A stretch of 64,000 nt of DNA from Myxococcota bacterium (GTDB taxonomy: Bacteria > Myxococcota_A > UBA9160 > JAFDDA01). The notes under the pieces are model-generated. The model saw only the letters and a program-made list of their open reading frames with translations, did not search any database and had not been told where the DNA came from. This document shows, one piece after another, positions 1 through 10,637 of this stretch. Made by a program: the position numbers and the translations under genes. Within the stretch, counting starts at the first letter, position 1; each line of letters begins with the position of its first letter. Location: positions 3,200,001 through 3,264,000 of the forward strand of contig OZ245817.1 of the NCBI GenBank assembly GCA_965228475.1, written 5' to 3'.

Positions 1-745
1 CGTCGTTGCGCACCTCGATGCGGAACGGCACCCGCTCCCCGTACTCCGCACTCGAGGGCGTGAGGTCGACGAGCGCCGCCGTGGCGAGCGGGTCGAGGGA
101 GGCCGTGGGCGTGAGCGGAAGCGAAGCCGGGTCGACGGCATCGTCGAGCTCGATCACGAAGGGGCCGATCGGGCTGAAGCCGTCGAGGGCGTTCGCCTCG
201 GCCAGCACGGCGCCGAAGACGGTGACGTGGTTCGGCGTATGGGACGGGACCGGCACGTCGAGGCGCTGCCCCGTCGCGGTGCCGGCGTCGTCGACCAGGA
301 ACCAATCGTCCGGGAAGGGCGTGATGGAGTCGGTCGAGGTGCGGTCGTGCAGGACGCGGAAGGCCGCTCCAGCCGCGGCGGTGCGGAACTGGAGAGACTC
401 CGTTCCACCGCCGGAAGGCCAGGAGAGCGCGCAATCGTCCTCGGCCGGGAGCGGGCCGAGGGGGTTGATCACCACGATGCCATCGTGCGGGATGGCGGAA
501 GCCTGGAGGAAGCCCTCGGCGCTCGCACAGGCGAGGGAGAACTGCTTCGGGAGGGTCGTATGGACGGGCTCGGTGAACTCGAGGACGAGCCAGGCCGTCG
601 TCGGCACAGCGATCGCCCCGGGGGCCGGGTCGCTCGCCGCGAGCGGCGGCAGCGCGGGCCCGCCGGGCTGCGGGTCGCAGGCGGACCCGGCCAGCAGGAC
701 GGAGAGCAGGAGCAGGACGGAGCGAGCGGGGGACGAGGTCTTCAT
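1..745 (-). CDS. Secreted/lipoprotein with Ig-like N-terminus, probable extracellular lipase/alpha-beta hydrolase family (runs off window edge)
   Basis: Manual translation MKTSSPARSVLLLLSVLLAGSACDPQ... gives a signal peptide plus Cys; later PFPDD and LDGFSP motifs typical of bacterial lipase N-terminal domains. Absent from the ORF track because it is truncated. Confidence 0.6.
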   Translation of the reverse strand, partial: MKTSSPARSVLLLLSVLLAGSACDPQPGGPALPPLAASDPAPGAIAVPTTAWLVLEFTEPVHTTLPKQFSLACASAEGFLQASAIPHDGIVVINPLGPLPAEDDCALSWPSGGGTESLQFRTAAAGAAFRVLHDRTSTDSITPFPDDWFLVDDAGTATGQRLDVPVPSHTPNHVTVFGAVLAEANALDGFSPIGPFVIELDDAVDPASLPLTPTASLDPLATAALVDLTPSSAEYGERVPFRIEVRND

Positions 746-829
746 CGTGGGCGGTCTCCGCGGGGGCCACGAGCCTAACACAGGCGATTTCCACAGTGTT
801 ATCGTGTGCTTCCAACCTGGGAGGGTCCG

Positions 830-1567
830 ATGCCGGAACGCCGAGCACTGTCCGCCACGATCTCCGAAATGGTCGCGATCCTCGCCTTGTTGGCGGTGGT
901 CGTGGGAGCGCTCGCGGGCAGCCAGGAGTGGGTGCCCGGCTTCATCGGCTTCCGCATCTTCGGTGCAGGCATGGTGCTCGGGGGCCTGCTGGCGCTCGTG
1001 TTCGGGCTGATCGGCCTCCTGCGCACGCGGGCCGGCTCGGGCCGTACCGGGCGCGGGCGGGCGGTCTTCGGAACACTGACCGGTGTCGGTCTCGTCGGCC
1101 TCGCCGTCGTGCTCGCCGCACCCGGGCGGAACCTGCCGACGATCAACGACATCACCACCGACCCCGACGACCCGCCGGCGTTCGTCGCCGCCCGGGAACA
1201 CGCGGCCAACCGCGGGCGCGACCTCGGCTACCCCGGCGAGACCTTCGCCGCGCAGCAGCGCCGCGGCTACCCGGACCTCGGCTCCCTCGAGCGCGACGCC
1301 GGCGTGCGCGAGACCTACAACGACGCCCTCGCCGCCATCGACCAGCTCGGCTGGACCCTCGTCGCCCAGGACGCGACGGCCCTGACCATCGAAGCCTACG
1401 AAGAGACGTCCTTCTTCCACTTCGTCGACGACGTCGTGGTCCGCGTGCGGCCGCAGCCCGACGGTTCGGGCTCGATCGTGGACGTGCGCTCGAAGTCGCG
1501 CGACGGCAAGGGCGACCTCGGCGCGAACGCGGATCGCATCCGCAACCTGTTCGCGGCGCTCGAGTAA
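830..1567 (+). CDS. DUF1499 family membrane protein
   Basis: Three N-terminal TM segments, INDITTD, FHFVDDVVVRV, DVRSKSRDGKGDLGANADRI; GGAGGG RBS. Confidence 0.85.
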   Translation: MPERRALSATISEMVAILALLAVVVGALAGSQEWVPGFIGFRIFGAGMVLGGLLALVFGLIGLLRTRAGSGRTGRGRAVFGTLTGVGLVGLAVVLAAPGRNLPTINDITTDPDDPPAFVAAREHAANRGRDLGYPGETFAAQQRRGYPDLGSLERDAGVRETYNDALAAIDQLGWTLVAQDATALTIEAYEETSFFHFVDDVVVRVRPQPDGSGSIVDVRSKSRDGKGDLGANADRIRNLFAALE

Positions 1568-1597
1568 CGGACGCCGGCCGCTCGCCCTTCCCTTCCG

Positions 1598-3244
1598 CTA
1601 GCCCGCAGCGCTCGCGAAGCGCTTCGCCCAGCCGTAGTCGGGCTTCCCGCTCGGGGAGCGCACGATGCGCTCGACTTCGAGGCAGCGCTTCGGGCGCTTG
1701 TAGGCCGCGAGCTGCCGCCCCGCCTCTTCGACGAAGGCCTCGGGCGCGAAGGTGCCCCCGGCCCGCACTTCGACCAGGGCCACGATCTCCTGCCCCCAGC
1801 GCTCGTGGGGCACCCCGACCACCAGGCAGTCCCAGACGTCTTCGTGGGCCTTGAGCGCCTGCTCGACCTCTTCCGCGAAGACCTTCTCGCCGCCGGTGTT
1901 GATGGTGACGGAGTCCCGGCCGAGCAGGACGAGCGTGCCGTCCGGGGCGACGCGCGCGCGGTCGCCCGGGACCGAGAAGCGCTCCCCATCGACCACGGGG
2001 AAGGTCATCGCGGTCTTCTCGGGATCGCCGAGATAGCCGAGGGGCATCCGGCCGCGCCGCGCGAGCCAGCCGGTCTCGGGGCTTCCGGGTGCGAGGAAGC
2101 CCGTCCGGGTATCGTCGAGGACCACGTTGTCCTCGTTCATCGTGAAGTCGCCGGTCGAGGCTTCCTCGGGCCGGGTCGAGGCGCGAACGGCCTGGGTGCC
2201 GCTCTCGGAGGAGCCGAGCACGTCGAGGATGCGGACACCGGGCAGCGCGGCGAGCAGCGCGCGCTTCACGTCGGCCGAGAGCATCGCGCCGCCCGACGAG
2301 ATCTGGCGCAGCGAGGAGAGATCCCGTGCTCCCGCCGAGAGCGCTTCGAGCAGCGGGCGCGCGAAGGCGTCGCCGACGATCGTCATCGCCGCGACGCCTT
2401 CGCGGGCGACGGTGTCCCACACGTCGCCGGGGTCGAAGCGCTCGGGCCGCTCGGGGAAGACGATCGTCCCCCCGACGTTCATCAGCGAGAAGGCCGCCCA
2501 CTGGGCGGCGCCGTGCATGAGCGGCGGCGTCGGGAGGAGCCGCAGCGGCTCCCGCTCCGCGAGCCCCGCGCAGAGCGCTTCGAGAGACGGCGGAACGCGC
2601 CGTGGCGCCATGGCCGTGTGGTAGATGTCGTCCTGCCGCCAGAGCACGCCCTTGGGCATGCCGGTCGTGCCGCCCGTGTAGAGCACGTAGAGGTCGTCGG
2701 GCGAGAGACCGGTCGGCACCTCGGGCGCCGCTCCCGCGAGTGCGCCCTCGTACTCGACCGCGCCCGGCAGAAGCGACTCTCCCGAGCCGTCGTCGACCTG
2801 AAGCCACAGCGCGACCTCCGGAAGCCGCTCGCGCACGCGAGCCAGGGCCGGCGCGAAGCAGCCCTGGTAGACGATCGCCTTCGCTCCGGCGTCGCGGAAC
2901 AGGTAGAGGAGCTCGTCCTCGACGTAGCGCCAGTTGACGTTGAAGGAGGCCGCGCGCGCCTTGAAGGCCCCGAGCATCGCCTCGAGGTACTCGGGCCGGT
3001 TGTGCAGCATCACGGCCACGAGGTCCTGGCCGCTCTCGTGATTCGCGAGCGCCGGCCGCTCCCGGTGGCATCCGAGGCCGGCCCGGCGAAGCACGGCCGC
3101 CACGCGCCGCGTGCGGTCGGTGGTCTCGGCCCACGTCCGGCGGCACCCCGGCGAAACGATGCACTCGCGCTCGGGAATGACCTCGGCGATCGCTTCGTGG
3201 AGGCTCGCGAGGTTGACCTCGAAGCGCGGGGGCGCCGCGCTCAT
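1598..3244 (-). CDS. Acyl-CoA synthetase (AMP-forming, FadD19-like)
   Basis: YTGGTTGMPKGV AMP-binding motif, GSSE, PGD, INTGGEKVFAEEVE, SGKPDY. Confidence 0.9.
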   Translation of the reverse strand: MSAAPPRFEVNLASLHEAIAEVIPERECIVSPGCRRTWAETTDRTRRVAAVLRRAGLGCHRERPALANHESGQDLVAVMLHNRPEYLEAMLGAFKARAASFNVNWRYVEDELLYLFRDAGAKAIVYQGCFAPALARVRERLPEVALWLQVDDGSGESLLPGAVEYEGALAGAAPEVPTGLSPDDLYVLYTGGTTGMPKGVLWRQDDIYHTAMAPRRVPPSLEALCAGLAEREPLRLLPTPPLMHGAAQWAAFSLMNVGGTIVFPERPERFDPGDVWDTVAREGVAAMTIVGDAFARPLLEALSAGARDLSSLRQISSGGAMLSADVKRALLAALPGVRILDVLGSSESGTQAVRASTRPEEASTGDFTMNEDNVVLDDTRTGFLAPGSPETGWLARRGRMPLGYLGDPEKTAMTFPVVDGERFSVPGDRARVAPDGTLVLLGRDSVTINTGGEKVFAEEVEQALKAHEDVWDCLVVGVPHERWGQEIVALVEVRAGGTFAPEAFVEEAGRQLAAYKRPKRCLEVERIVRSPSGKPDYGWAKRFASAAG

Positions 3245-4044
3245 CGGCCGGCCAGCCAGCGCGGCCCGAGGCGCCCGAGGTGGACCAGCGAGGCCATGGC
3301 ATCGAGGGCGTCGGCCACCGGCTCACCGGCCAGGCTCCGCCGCCCGAGCGCGAAGCCCCCTTCCTCGGTCTGCTCGTTCGCGATCGCCTCACACAGGTCG
3401 AGAGCGGACAGGCTCGAACCCGGCAGGGCGAGCGCGTCGCACAGGACGAAGATGCGGCTCGTCGTGACCGCGTCGAACTGCTTGGTTCGAAACCCCCGGT
3501 CGAGCTCGCGGCCGCACCACTGCAAGACGCCGTCGGAGAGTTCGGAATCGTTCATCGAGAACCAGAGCGTGAAGGCGGCGATCGGCTCCCAGGATCCCGT
3601 CTTCACGAGTTCCTCGTCCCAGTGGCGCGAAAGGTAGGCATCGATCGCGTGGCCGAAGCGCGGACGGAGCATCAGGGTCTTCGCCAGGTAGCCGCCGAGC
3701 AGGCCGGTGCGCACGAGCCGGGCTTCTTCGGGCTCCCCGGCCGCTCCCCAGCTTCCGTCCTCCCCGAGCTGCTCCGTCAACCGGGCGACCAGGGCTTCGA
3801 CCTCGGGCCCCGACAGCTGGCGCGCGGGGTCGAGCGCTTCGAAGAGCGCGAGCGCCGCGTCGGGCTCGGGCGCGGCGAAGGCGCCGTCCTTCATCGCCTG
3901 GGCGAGAACGTCGCGCCCGGACACCTCGCCGACGAGGGCCTGGGCGCGGAGCCGCTCGAAGGCATTCCCGCGTGCCTCGACGAAGTCGCGCGCGCGCAGC
4001 ACCGCATCCCGCCAGGCCTCTCGGACGTCGACTTCTTCCACCAC
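3241..4044 (-). CDS. Hypothetical protein, possible prenyltransferase/squalene-cyclase-repeat helical fold
   Basis: QW-like repeats QLGEDGSW and EQTEEGGF; stop overlaps acyl-CoA synthetase ATG; start estimated. Confidence 0.55.
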   Translation of the reverse strand: MVEEVDVREAWRDAVLRARDFVEARGNAFERLRAQALVGEVSGRDVLAQAMKDGAFAAPEPDAALALFEALDPARQLSGPEVEALVARLTEQLGEDGSWGAAGEPEEARLVRTGLLGGYLAKTLMLRPRFGHAIDAYLSRHWDEELVKTGSWEPIAAFTLWFSMNDSELSDGVLQWCGRELDRGFRTKQFDAVTTSRIFVLCDALALPGSSLSALDLCEAIANEQTEEGGFALGRRSLAGEPVADALDAMASLVHLGRLGPRWLAGR

Positions 4045-4168
4045 GGGCGGGGACCATGCGCCATCGGAGGGGGTCCGTCCACGCCCCGGAGATCTCCTTG
4101 CTGCCCACAGCAACGACACCCCGGCGGACCGGGAGCGCGTTATGGTTCCCGCCCCGACAGGAGACGAG

Positions 4169-6229
4169 ATGTCCACGACGGACGAGACGCCGCCCGCCGA
4201 CCGCCAGACCAACCGCCTCGGCGAGGAAACCAGCGCCTATCTGCGCCAGCACATGCACAACCCCGTGGATTGGTACCCCTGGGGCAGCGAAGCCCTCGAG
4301 GCGGCGAGCCGCGACGACAAACCGATCCTCGTCTCGATCGGCTACAGCGCCTGCCATTGGTGTCACGTGATGGAGCGCGAATCCTTCGAAGACGAAGCCA
4401 CCGCGGCGCTGATGAACGAGCTCTTCGTGAACGTGAAGGTCGACCGCGAGGAGCGGCCGGACGTCGACCAGATCTACATGGACACGGTGGTCCGCCTGAC
4501 CGGCCACGGGGGCTGGCCGCTCACGGTCTTCTGCACCCCCGACGGCCGCCCCTTCTACGGCGGGACCTACTTCCCGCCCGAACCGCGCCAGGGCATGCCG
4601 GCCTTCCGCCAGGTCCTGGCGAGCGTGGCCGACGCCTACCGGAACCAACCCGAGGCCGTTCGCGACACGACGCTCCAGATCCTCGCCGCGCTCCGCGCGG
4701 AGCCTCGCGGCGAGGGCCGCGGCACGCCCGGCAGCGAAACCGTGAAGCAGGCCGCCGCCGAGATCCTGAAGAGTGCCGACGAGCGCTTCGGCGGCTTCGG
4801 CGGAGGGCCGAAGTTCCCGACGCCGACCAACCTCGACCTCCTGCTCGCCGCCCTCGACGTCCTCGAGGGCCCCGCGCGCGAGACGGCCGAAGGACACGTC
4901 GTACGAACCTGCCACGAGATGGCGCACCGCGGCCTCTACGACCACCTGGGCGGCGGCTTCCATCGCTACTGCGTCGATGGCCGCTGGGACATCCCCCACT
5001 TCGAGAAGATGCTCTACGACCAGGGCCAGCTCCTCCGCACCTACGCCGAGACCTGGCGGCGGACCGGCTGCCGCGACGAAAACCTCGTGTGGCCGATCCT
5101 CGAGACCGCCGGGTACCTGCGCCGCGAGATGACCGGGAGCGAGGGCGGGTTCTACGCGAGCCAGGACGCCGACAGCGAGGGCGTCGAGGGGAAGTTCTAC
5201 GTCTGGACGCCCGCGGAGGTCGAGGCGGTGCTCGGAGCGGAGCAGGCCGAGGCGTTCTGCACGATCTACGGCGTCTCGGACCTCGGCAACTTCGAACACG
5301 GAACGACCCACCTGGCCGACCACCGGCGCCCGGGCCGCGGGCAGATGGCCGCCGAGCGCGAGGCCCTGCGCATCGCGCGCGAGAAGCGCATCGCCCCGGC
5401 GACCGACACCAAGCGCGTCGCCTCCTGGAACGGCTACGCGATCTCCGGCCTCGCCCGAGCCGGCAGCCTGCTCGGGGAGGCGGCGTTGATCGAAGACGCG
5501 AAGAACGCGGCGGACTTCGTCCTCACCCGCATGCGCGACCCGGAAGGCCGCCTGCTCCGCATCTTCGACGGCGGGCGCGGCCACGTGCTCGCCTTCCTCG
5601 ACGACGTCGCGGCGATGCTCGAAGCCTGCCTCGACCTCCACCGCGCCGGCGCCGGCGACGCCTACCTCGAGGCAGGCCTCGAACTCGCGCGCGACGTATG
5701 CGAACGCTTCTACGACCCCCAGGAAGAGGATCTCTTCCTCGCGCCGATCGACGGCGAGCGGCTCATCCATCGCCCGCGCTCGGACCACGACGGGGCGACG
5801 CCGCACGCCGCCGGGCTCGCCGTCCTCGGCCTCCTCCGCGCGGCGGCGCTCTCGGGACGGCCGGAGCCGAGGCGCATCGCCGAGACCGTGATCACGGGCC
5901 ACGGGCGCATCCTCGACCGCGCACCGCACGCCTTCCCGACCCTGGCCCGAGCCGCCCTCGTCGCGGAGCGCGGCCTCTCGGCGGCGGTGATCATCGGGGC
6001 CGCGGACCACCCCGACACGCGAAGCCTGGCCGAAGCGGCGCACCGGACGCTGCGGCCCGAGGATGCGGTCCTCGTCGCCGAACCCGGCGCCGCATGGTCC
6101 GAAGCCATCGACCCGCTCTGGATCCAAGGGCGCGGCGCCGTCGACGGCCGGCCCACCGCCTTCGTCTGCCACGGCAGCGAGTGCTCCCTCCCCGCCCACG
6201 ACGCCGCGAGCGTGCGGGAGCTCGGCTAG
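4169..6229 (+). CDS. Thioredoxin domain-containing protein YyaL/SSP411 family
   Basis: [66 protein letters not shown]. Confidence 0.92.
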   Translation: MSTTDETPPADRQTNRLGEETSAYLRQHMHNPVDWYPWGSEALEAASRDDKPILVSIGYSACHWCHVMERESFEDEATAALMNELFVNVKVDREERPDVDQIYMDTVVRLTGHGGWPLTVFCTPDGRPFYGGTYFPPEPRQGMPAFRQVLASVADAYRNQPEAVRDTTLQILAALRAEPRGEGRGTPGSETVKQAAAEILKSADERFGGFGGGPKFPTPTNLDLLLAALDVLEGPARETAEGHVVRTCHEMAHRGLYDHLGGGFHRYCVDGRWDIPHFEKMLYDQGQLLRTYAETWRRTGCRDENLVWPILETAGYLRREMTGSEGGFYASQDADSEGVEGKFYVWTPAEVEAVLGAEQAEAFCTIYGVSDLGNFEHGTTHLADHRRPGRGQMAAEREALRIAREKRIAPATDTKRVASWNGYAISGLARAGSLLGEAALIEDAKNAADFVLTRMRDPEGRLLRIFDGGRGHVLAFLDDVAAMLEACLDLHRAGAGDAYLEAGLELARDVCERFYDPQEEDLFLAPIDGERLIHRPRSDHDGATPHAAGLAVLGLLRAAALSGRPEPRRIAETVITGHGRILDRAPHAFPTLARAALVAERGLSAAVIIGAADHPDTRSLAEAAHRTLRPEDAVLVAEPGAAWSEAIDPLWIQGRGAVDGRPTAFVCHGSECSLPAHDAASVRELG

Positions 6230-6294
6230 CGCACTCACCGGGGACTCCGCCCGTACCGCTTTGCTACGGTGCGCCGCCCGAGGAAAGGAGCCCC

Positions 6295-7344
6295 ATGCCC
6301 AAGGCCCGCGACGAGAGCCTCTACGGAACCGGCCACGACGACGGCCTCGAGGCCCTCGCCCCGCTCGATCTTTCCCGCGCCGGCTCGGTGAACGACCTCG
6401 TCACGGCCATGGCCCAGACGGCCTTCGGCGGCCGACGGCTCGGCGAAGCCGCGGACGTGCTCGAAGCCATGGTCCGCGACCCCGACTGCTACAAGGTCGT
6501 CACGATCTCCGGCGCGATGACCATCGCCAAGCAGGGGCTCGTGCTCTGCGAGATGATCGATCGCGGCTGGGTCGACGCCATCGTGAGCACCGGGGCGCTC
6601 ATGACCCACGGCTTCGTCGAGGGCGCGGGCATGCAGCACTTCAAGCATCGCCCGACGATGAAGGACGAGGACCTCTACGAGCGCGGCTACAACCGCGTCT
6701 ACGACACCATCGAGCTCGAGAAGAACCTCGACGACGCCGAGCTCCTGCTGGAGCAGGCCCTTGCCGACCTCGACCCGGGCACAACGCTCTCGAGCCGGCT
6801 CCTGTTCGAGGCCCTCGGCGCTCACCTGGCGGAATCCGTGCCGGGCCGCGCGATCCTGAAGTCCGCCCACGCTCGCGGCGTCCCGATCTACGTCCCCGCC
6901 TTCACGGACTCCGAGCTCGGCCTCGACCTCGCCATCTACAACAAGACCCGCGCGGCGAAGGAGGGCCGGGAGCCCTTCAGCTTCGATCCGTTCCTCGACC
7001 TCGACCACTACGCGGCGAACATCCGCGAGCACGAGACGCTCGGCATCTTCACGATCGGCGGCGGCGTCCCGCGGAACTGGGCCCAGCAGGTCGGCCCCTA
7101 CCTCGAGATCCTGCGCGTGCGGCTCGGTCTCGACGAGCCGGTCCGGCGCTTCCGCTACGCCATGCGCATCTGCCCGGAGCCCGAACACTGGGGCGGGCTC
7201 TCGGGCTGCAGCTACACCGAGGGCGTGTCGTGGGGGAAGTTCGTCCCGGAGGCCGAAGGCGGAAAGCACTGCGAGGTCTTCGCCGACGCCACGATTGCCT
7301 GGCCGCTCGTGGTGCGCGCCGTGATGGAACGCCTCGACGCCTAG
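6295..7344 (+). CDS. Deoxyhypusine synthase-like protein (probable homospermidine/polyamine synthesis)
   Basis: TISGAM, PAFTDSELG, IGGGVPRNW, GGLSGCSYTEGVSWGK (catalytic Lys), ADATIAWP; AAGGAG RBS. Confidence 0.88.
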   Translation: MPKARDESLYGTGHDDGLEALAPLDLSRAGSVNDLVTAMAQTAFGGRRLGEAADVLEAMVRDPDCYKVVTISGAMTIAKQGLVLCEMIDRGWVDAIVSTGALMTHGFVEGAGMQHFKHRPTMKDEDLYERGYNRVYDTIELEKNLDDAELLLEQALADLDPGTTLSSRLLFEALGAHLAESVPGRAILKSAHARGVPIYVPAFTDSELGLDLAIYNKTRAAKEGREPFSFDPFLDLDHYAANIREHETLGIFTIGGGVPRNWAQQVGPYLEILRVRLGLDEPVRRFRYAMRICPEPEHWGGLSGCSYTEGVSWGKFVPEAEGGKHCEVFADATIAWPLVVRAVMERLDA

Positions 7345-7360
7345 TCGATTCGCGGGCGCC

Positions 7361-7963
7361 TCAGCCGTCGATCTCCCGGGGAGCGCCGTAGACCCGGCCG
7401 TCGTGTTCGAGGACGAACCCCGCGGCGTTGCGCGGAACCTCGGGCTCGCTCGTGAGGTCGCGCGCGGCCCAGCCGCGCAGGGCCGCCATCACGCCCCCGT
7501 GACTCACGACGACGACGGTCTCGCCCGCGTGGCGGCGGGCCACGGCGTCGAGCGCCGGGCCGGCCCGCTCGGCCACTTCGAGCAGCGTCTCGCCCCCGGG
7601 CGGGCGGCGCTCCCAGCGCGTGCCCTCCGAGCCGGTTCCCGAGCCGGCCTCCGCGGTTCCCGCGAAGGAGGCGTAGGGCTTGCCGTGAAGGCTCCCGAAG
7701 AACTGTTCGCGGAGGTCCTCGACGATCTCGGGCTCGAGGCCGAGGAATCCCCCGATCAGCCGTGCCGTATCGACGGCGCGCTGGAACGGGCTCGCGTAGA
7801 GCGCGACGGGGGAATGGTGCGCGGCCACGAGCTGGCCCGCAGCCCGCGCCTCCTGGCGGCCGAGTTCCGTGAGCGGCTCCTCGGGGCCGTGGGTGAAGCG
7901 GCGCTCGGCGTTGCCGAGGCTCTGCCCGTGGCGGATCAAGACGAGTCGCGCAGCCTGGCCCAT
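7361..7963 (-). CDS. Histidine phosphatase family protein
   Basis: LIRHGQS, SPFQRA, LREQFFG, VSHGG motifs. Confidence 0.9.
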   Translation of the reverse strand: MGQAARLVLIRHGQSLGNAERRFTHGPEEPLTELGRQEARAAGQLVAAHHSPVALYASPFQRAVDTARLIGGFLGLEPEIVEDLREQFFGSLHGKPYASFAGTAEAGSGTGSEGTRWERRPPGGETLLEVAERAGPALDAVARRHAGETVVVVSHGGVMAALRGWAARDLTSEPEVPRNAAGFVLEHDGRVYGAPREIDG

Positions 7964-8045
7964 GGGGCGGCGAGCGTCGCACGGCAGCGTCGGGATCGCC
8001 AACCTCCGGCAGGGGTGCGCTGCCGCCGTGGTACGCTCGCCGGCC

Positions 8046-9086
8046 ATGACGCCCTCCACCATGCAGGCCGCCGTCTCGAAAGGGCCGCGGCGGATCGAAG
8101 TCGACACCGTTGCGCTTCCCGAGCCCGAACCCGGAGACGCGCGCATCCGCATCGAGGCCTGCGGCATCTGCGGGAGCGACCTGCACCTGTTCGGCGTCGG
8201 CGGGCTCGCGCCGGGCCTGATCCCCGGCCACGAGTTCATGGGCGTGGTCGACGCCGTGGGCGAGGGCGTCGCGAACGTCGCTCCCGGCGAACGCGTGGTG
8301 GTCGAGCCGTTCCGAACCTGCGGGACCTGCCGCCCGTGCCGGAGCGGACAGAGCGCGATCTGCCGGGACGCGCGGCTCCTCGGCGTACACGCGCCGGGAG
8401 GCATGGCCGGCTTCACGACGGCGCCCGCGGGCCGCCTCTTCCCGATTGCGGCATCGGTGCCGGCGCCGGTCGCCGCCCTCGCCGAACCGCTCTCCGTCTC
8501 ACTTCACGGCATCCGCCGCGCCGGCTTCGAACCGGGGCAGCGCGTGCTCGTGCTCGGCGCCGGGGTGGTCGGCCTGTTGACGGCTTTCGCCGCGCGGGCG
8601 CTCGGAGCCGGCGAGATCCTCGTGAGCGCCCGGCACCCGCACCAGGCGGAGCGCGCGGAGGCGCTCGGCGCGGACCGCATCCTCTCGGAAGCGGAGGCCG
8701 AGCCGGGCGCCCTCGATGCCCTCGGCCGCGAGCGCGACATCGACGTCGTGATCGAGACGGTCGGCGGCACCGCCGACACGCTGAATGCCGCGGCCGCGGC
8801 CATCCGGCCCGGCGGTGCGATCAGCGTGGTCGGCGTCTTCATGGGCCCGGTGACCCTGAACACGATCCCGCTCCTCCTGAAGGAGAACACGCTGGCCTGG
8901 TCGTACTGCTACGAGCACGGGGAACACGGCGCCGACTTCGCGGACGCCGTGCGGCTCCTCACCGAAGGCACCGGGGCCGCGCGCGAGATCGTCACCCATG
9001 AAGTGCCGCTCGCCGAAGCGCCCCGCGCCTTCGAGCTCGCCGCGGACCGCCAGGCGGGCGCGCTCAAGGTGAGCCTGCAGCCCTAG
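8046..9086 (+). CDS. Zn-dependent alcohol/polyol dehydrogenase (MDR)
   Basis: CGICGSD, GHE, CGTCRPCRSGQSAIC, GAGVVG. Confidence 0.9.
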   Translation: MTPSTMQAAVSKGPRRIEVDTVALPEPEPGDARIRIEACGICGSDLHLFGVGGLAPGLIPGHEFMGVVDAVGEGVANVAPGERVVVEPFRTCGTCRPCRSGQSAICRDARLLGVHAPGGMAGFTTAPAGRLFPIAASVPAPVAALAEPLSVSLHGIRRAGFEPGQRVLVLGAGVVGLLTAFAARALGAGEILVSARHPHQAERAEALGADRILSEAEAEPGALDALGRERDIDVVIETVGGTADTLNAAAAAIRPGGAISVVGVFMGPVTLNTIPLLLKENTLAWSYCYEHGEHGADFADAVRLLTEGTGAAREIVTHEVPLAEAPRAFELAADRQAGALKVSLQP

Positions 9087-9103
9087 GCCGGCCTGCGAAC
9101 GCT

Positions 9104-9757
9104 TCAGGCGCCGCGCAGGGCCTTGTAGAGCGGCGCGAACTTCCGGCGCGTCTCGTCCGGGAGCGGCACGACCTCCCCGAGCGCCTGAGCGCCCCACACG
9201 ATCTTGGCCGTACGCTCCACCAGGGAGGCGACCTTCAAGGCCTGCTCCGGATCCTTGCCGACGGTCAGGAGGCCGTGGTTGGCCATCAGCACGGCCCCGC
9301 GCTCACCGACGTGGCGTGCGACCTCTTCGCCGAGGGCGTCCGAACCCGTGAGCCGGTAGTCCGCGACCGGCACCTCGCCCCCGACGTAGATGTCGAACTC
9401 CTCGATCACGCACGGAATCGGCTGGTGGGTGATCGCGAACATGCTGGCGAACATGGCGTGGCAGTGGATCACCGCATGGACGTCGGCGTGGTCGCGGAGG
9501 CAACACAGATGGAGCGCCTTCTCGCTCGTCGGCGCGCGCTCCCCTTCCAGCACGTTGCCCTCGAGGTCCGTCACGACGAGGTCCGAGACGGTCATGGTCT
9601 CGTAGGCGAGGGAGGACGGCGTCATCGCGACGTTGCCGTCGGGCAGGCGCACCGAGAGATTCCCCGCCGTGGCCTCGGTGAGATCACAGCGCAGGAGTTC
9701 GCGGGCGGTCTCGAGGAGACGCTCCTTCAGATCCTGCCCTTCCGAACCCTCGGACAC
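9104..9757 (-). CDS. Class II aldolase/adducin family (fuculose-phosphate aldolase-like)
   Basis: GNLSVR, TPSS, PTSEKALH, HCH, NHG. Confidence 0.88.
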   Translation of the reverse strand: MSEGSEGQDLKERLLETARELLRCDLTEATAGNLSVRLPDGNVAMTPSSLAYETMTVSDLVVTDLEGNVLEGERAPTSEKALHLCCLRDHADVHAVIHCHAMFASMFAITHQPIPCVIEEFDIYVGGEVPVADYRLTGSDALGEEVARHVGERGAVLMANHGLLTVGKDPEQALKVASLVERTAKIVWGAQALGEVVPLPDETRRKFAPLYKALRGA

Positions 9758-9760
9758 GGC

Positions 9761-10045
9761 CTAGACCCTGACCCGCGTCACGGCTTCGTGCAGGGCCTCG
9801 AGCGAAGGAAGGAAGGCCTCGGACAGCGGCCCCTCGTCGCGCACGGCGAGTTCGAGCTCGATCACGATGGGGCGGGCGTCGTCCGGATCGCGCACGCGGC
9901 GCAGCTGGCGAAGCGTGCGTTCGACGCGCGCGTAGAACTCCTCCGAAGGAACGGTCCCCGGATGTTCCGCCCGCCACTCGCGAAGTTCGCCGAGACAGCG
10001 GGTGAGCACGTGCTGAAGCGGATCCACGGTGCGAGACACTACCAC
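9761..10045 (-). CDS. Small hypothetical helical protein
   Basis: 94-aa ORF filling the gap, ends 3 nt before the aldolase start; start uncertain. Confidence 0.55.
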   Translation of the reverse strand: MVVSRTVDPLQHVLTRCLGELREWRAEHPGTVPSEEFYARVERTLRQLRRVRDPDDARPIVIELELAVRDEGPLSEAFLPSLEALHEAVTRVRV

Positions 10046-10104
10046 GCCGAGCCAGGTCCAACGGTCCGGGACACCACCACGCCCGGCCTGCTAGGTTCCC
10101 GCGC

Positions 10105-10626
10105 GTGGAACGGCTCCTTCGTGCTTTGGACTTCGCTGCGCAGCGCCACGTCGACCAGCGCCGGAAAGGCTCCCGGGCCGAACCCTACGTGAACCACCTG
10201 ATCGAGGTGGCCTGTCTGCTCGTCACCCACGCCCGCTGCCAGGACGACGACCTGCTCGTCGCCGCCGTGCTTCACGACGTGGTCGAAGACACGGAGACGA
10301 CCCTCGAGGAGGTCGAGGAGGCCTTCGGGGCCGTCGTCCGAGAGCTCGTCGACGCCGTCTCGGACGACAAGTCGCTCCCCAAGGCCGAACGCAAGCGCCT
10401 CCAGATCGAACACGTACGCAGCGCGCCGGAGCCCGTGCGCCTGCTGAAGCTCGCCGACCACACGAGCAACGTCGGCGGCCTCCCGGACGCCTGGTCGACG
10501 AAGACCCAGCGCAGTTTTCTCGAATGGTCCGAGCAGGTGATCGCCTCCTGCCGCGGCCTCGCCCCGGAACTGGAAGCCGAGTACGGTGCGCGAAGGGCGG
10601 CCGCCCTCGCCAAGCTCTCGGAATGA
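10105..10626 (+). CDS. Stand-alone HD-domain (p)ppGpp hydrolase-like protein (SAH/Mesh1-like)
   Basis: HVDQRRKG, EPYVNH, LHDVVEDT, SDDK, KLADHTSN. Confidence 0.85.
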   Translation: MERLLRALDFAAQRHVDQRRKGSRAEPYVNHLIEVACLLVTHARCQDDDLLVAAVLHDVVEDTETTLEEVEEAFGAVVRELVDAVSDDKSLPKAERKRLQIEHVRSAPEPVRLLKLADHTSNVGGLPDAWSTKTQRSFLEWSEQVIASCRGLAPELEAEYGARRAAALAKLSE

Positions 10627-10637
10627 AGGAGACGTCC

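Noticed and set aside
3280..7344. 1354-aa ORF and other very long ORFs (17560..20349, 31946..35506, 45100..47799)
   Set aside because: Arg/Gly/Pro-rich shadow frames typical of high-GC DNA; only the last 349 aa of 3280..7344 (DHS-like, own RBS) is real.
6295..7344. Eukaryote/archaea-like hypusination or contamination
   Set aside because: Codon style and RBS match neighbours, DHS-like genes are known in bacteria, and no eIF5A is present.
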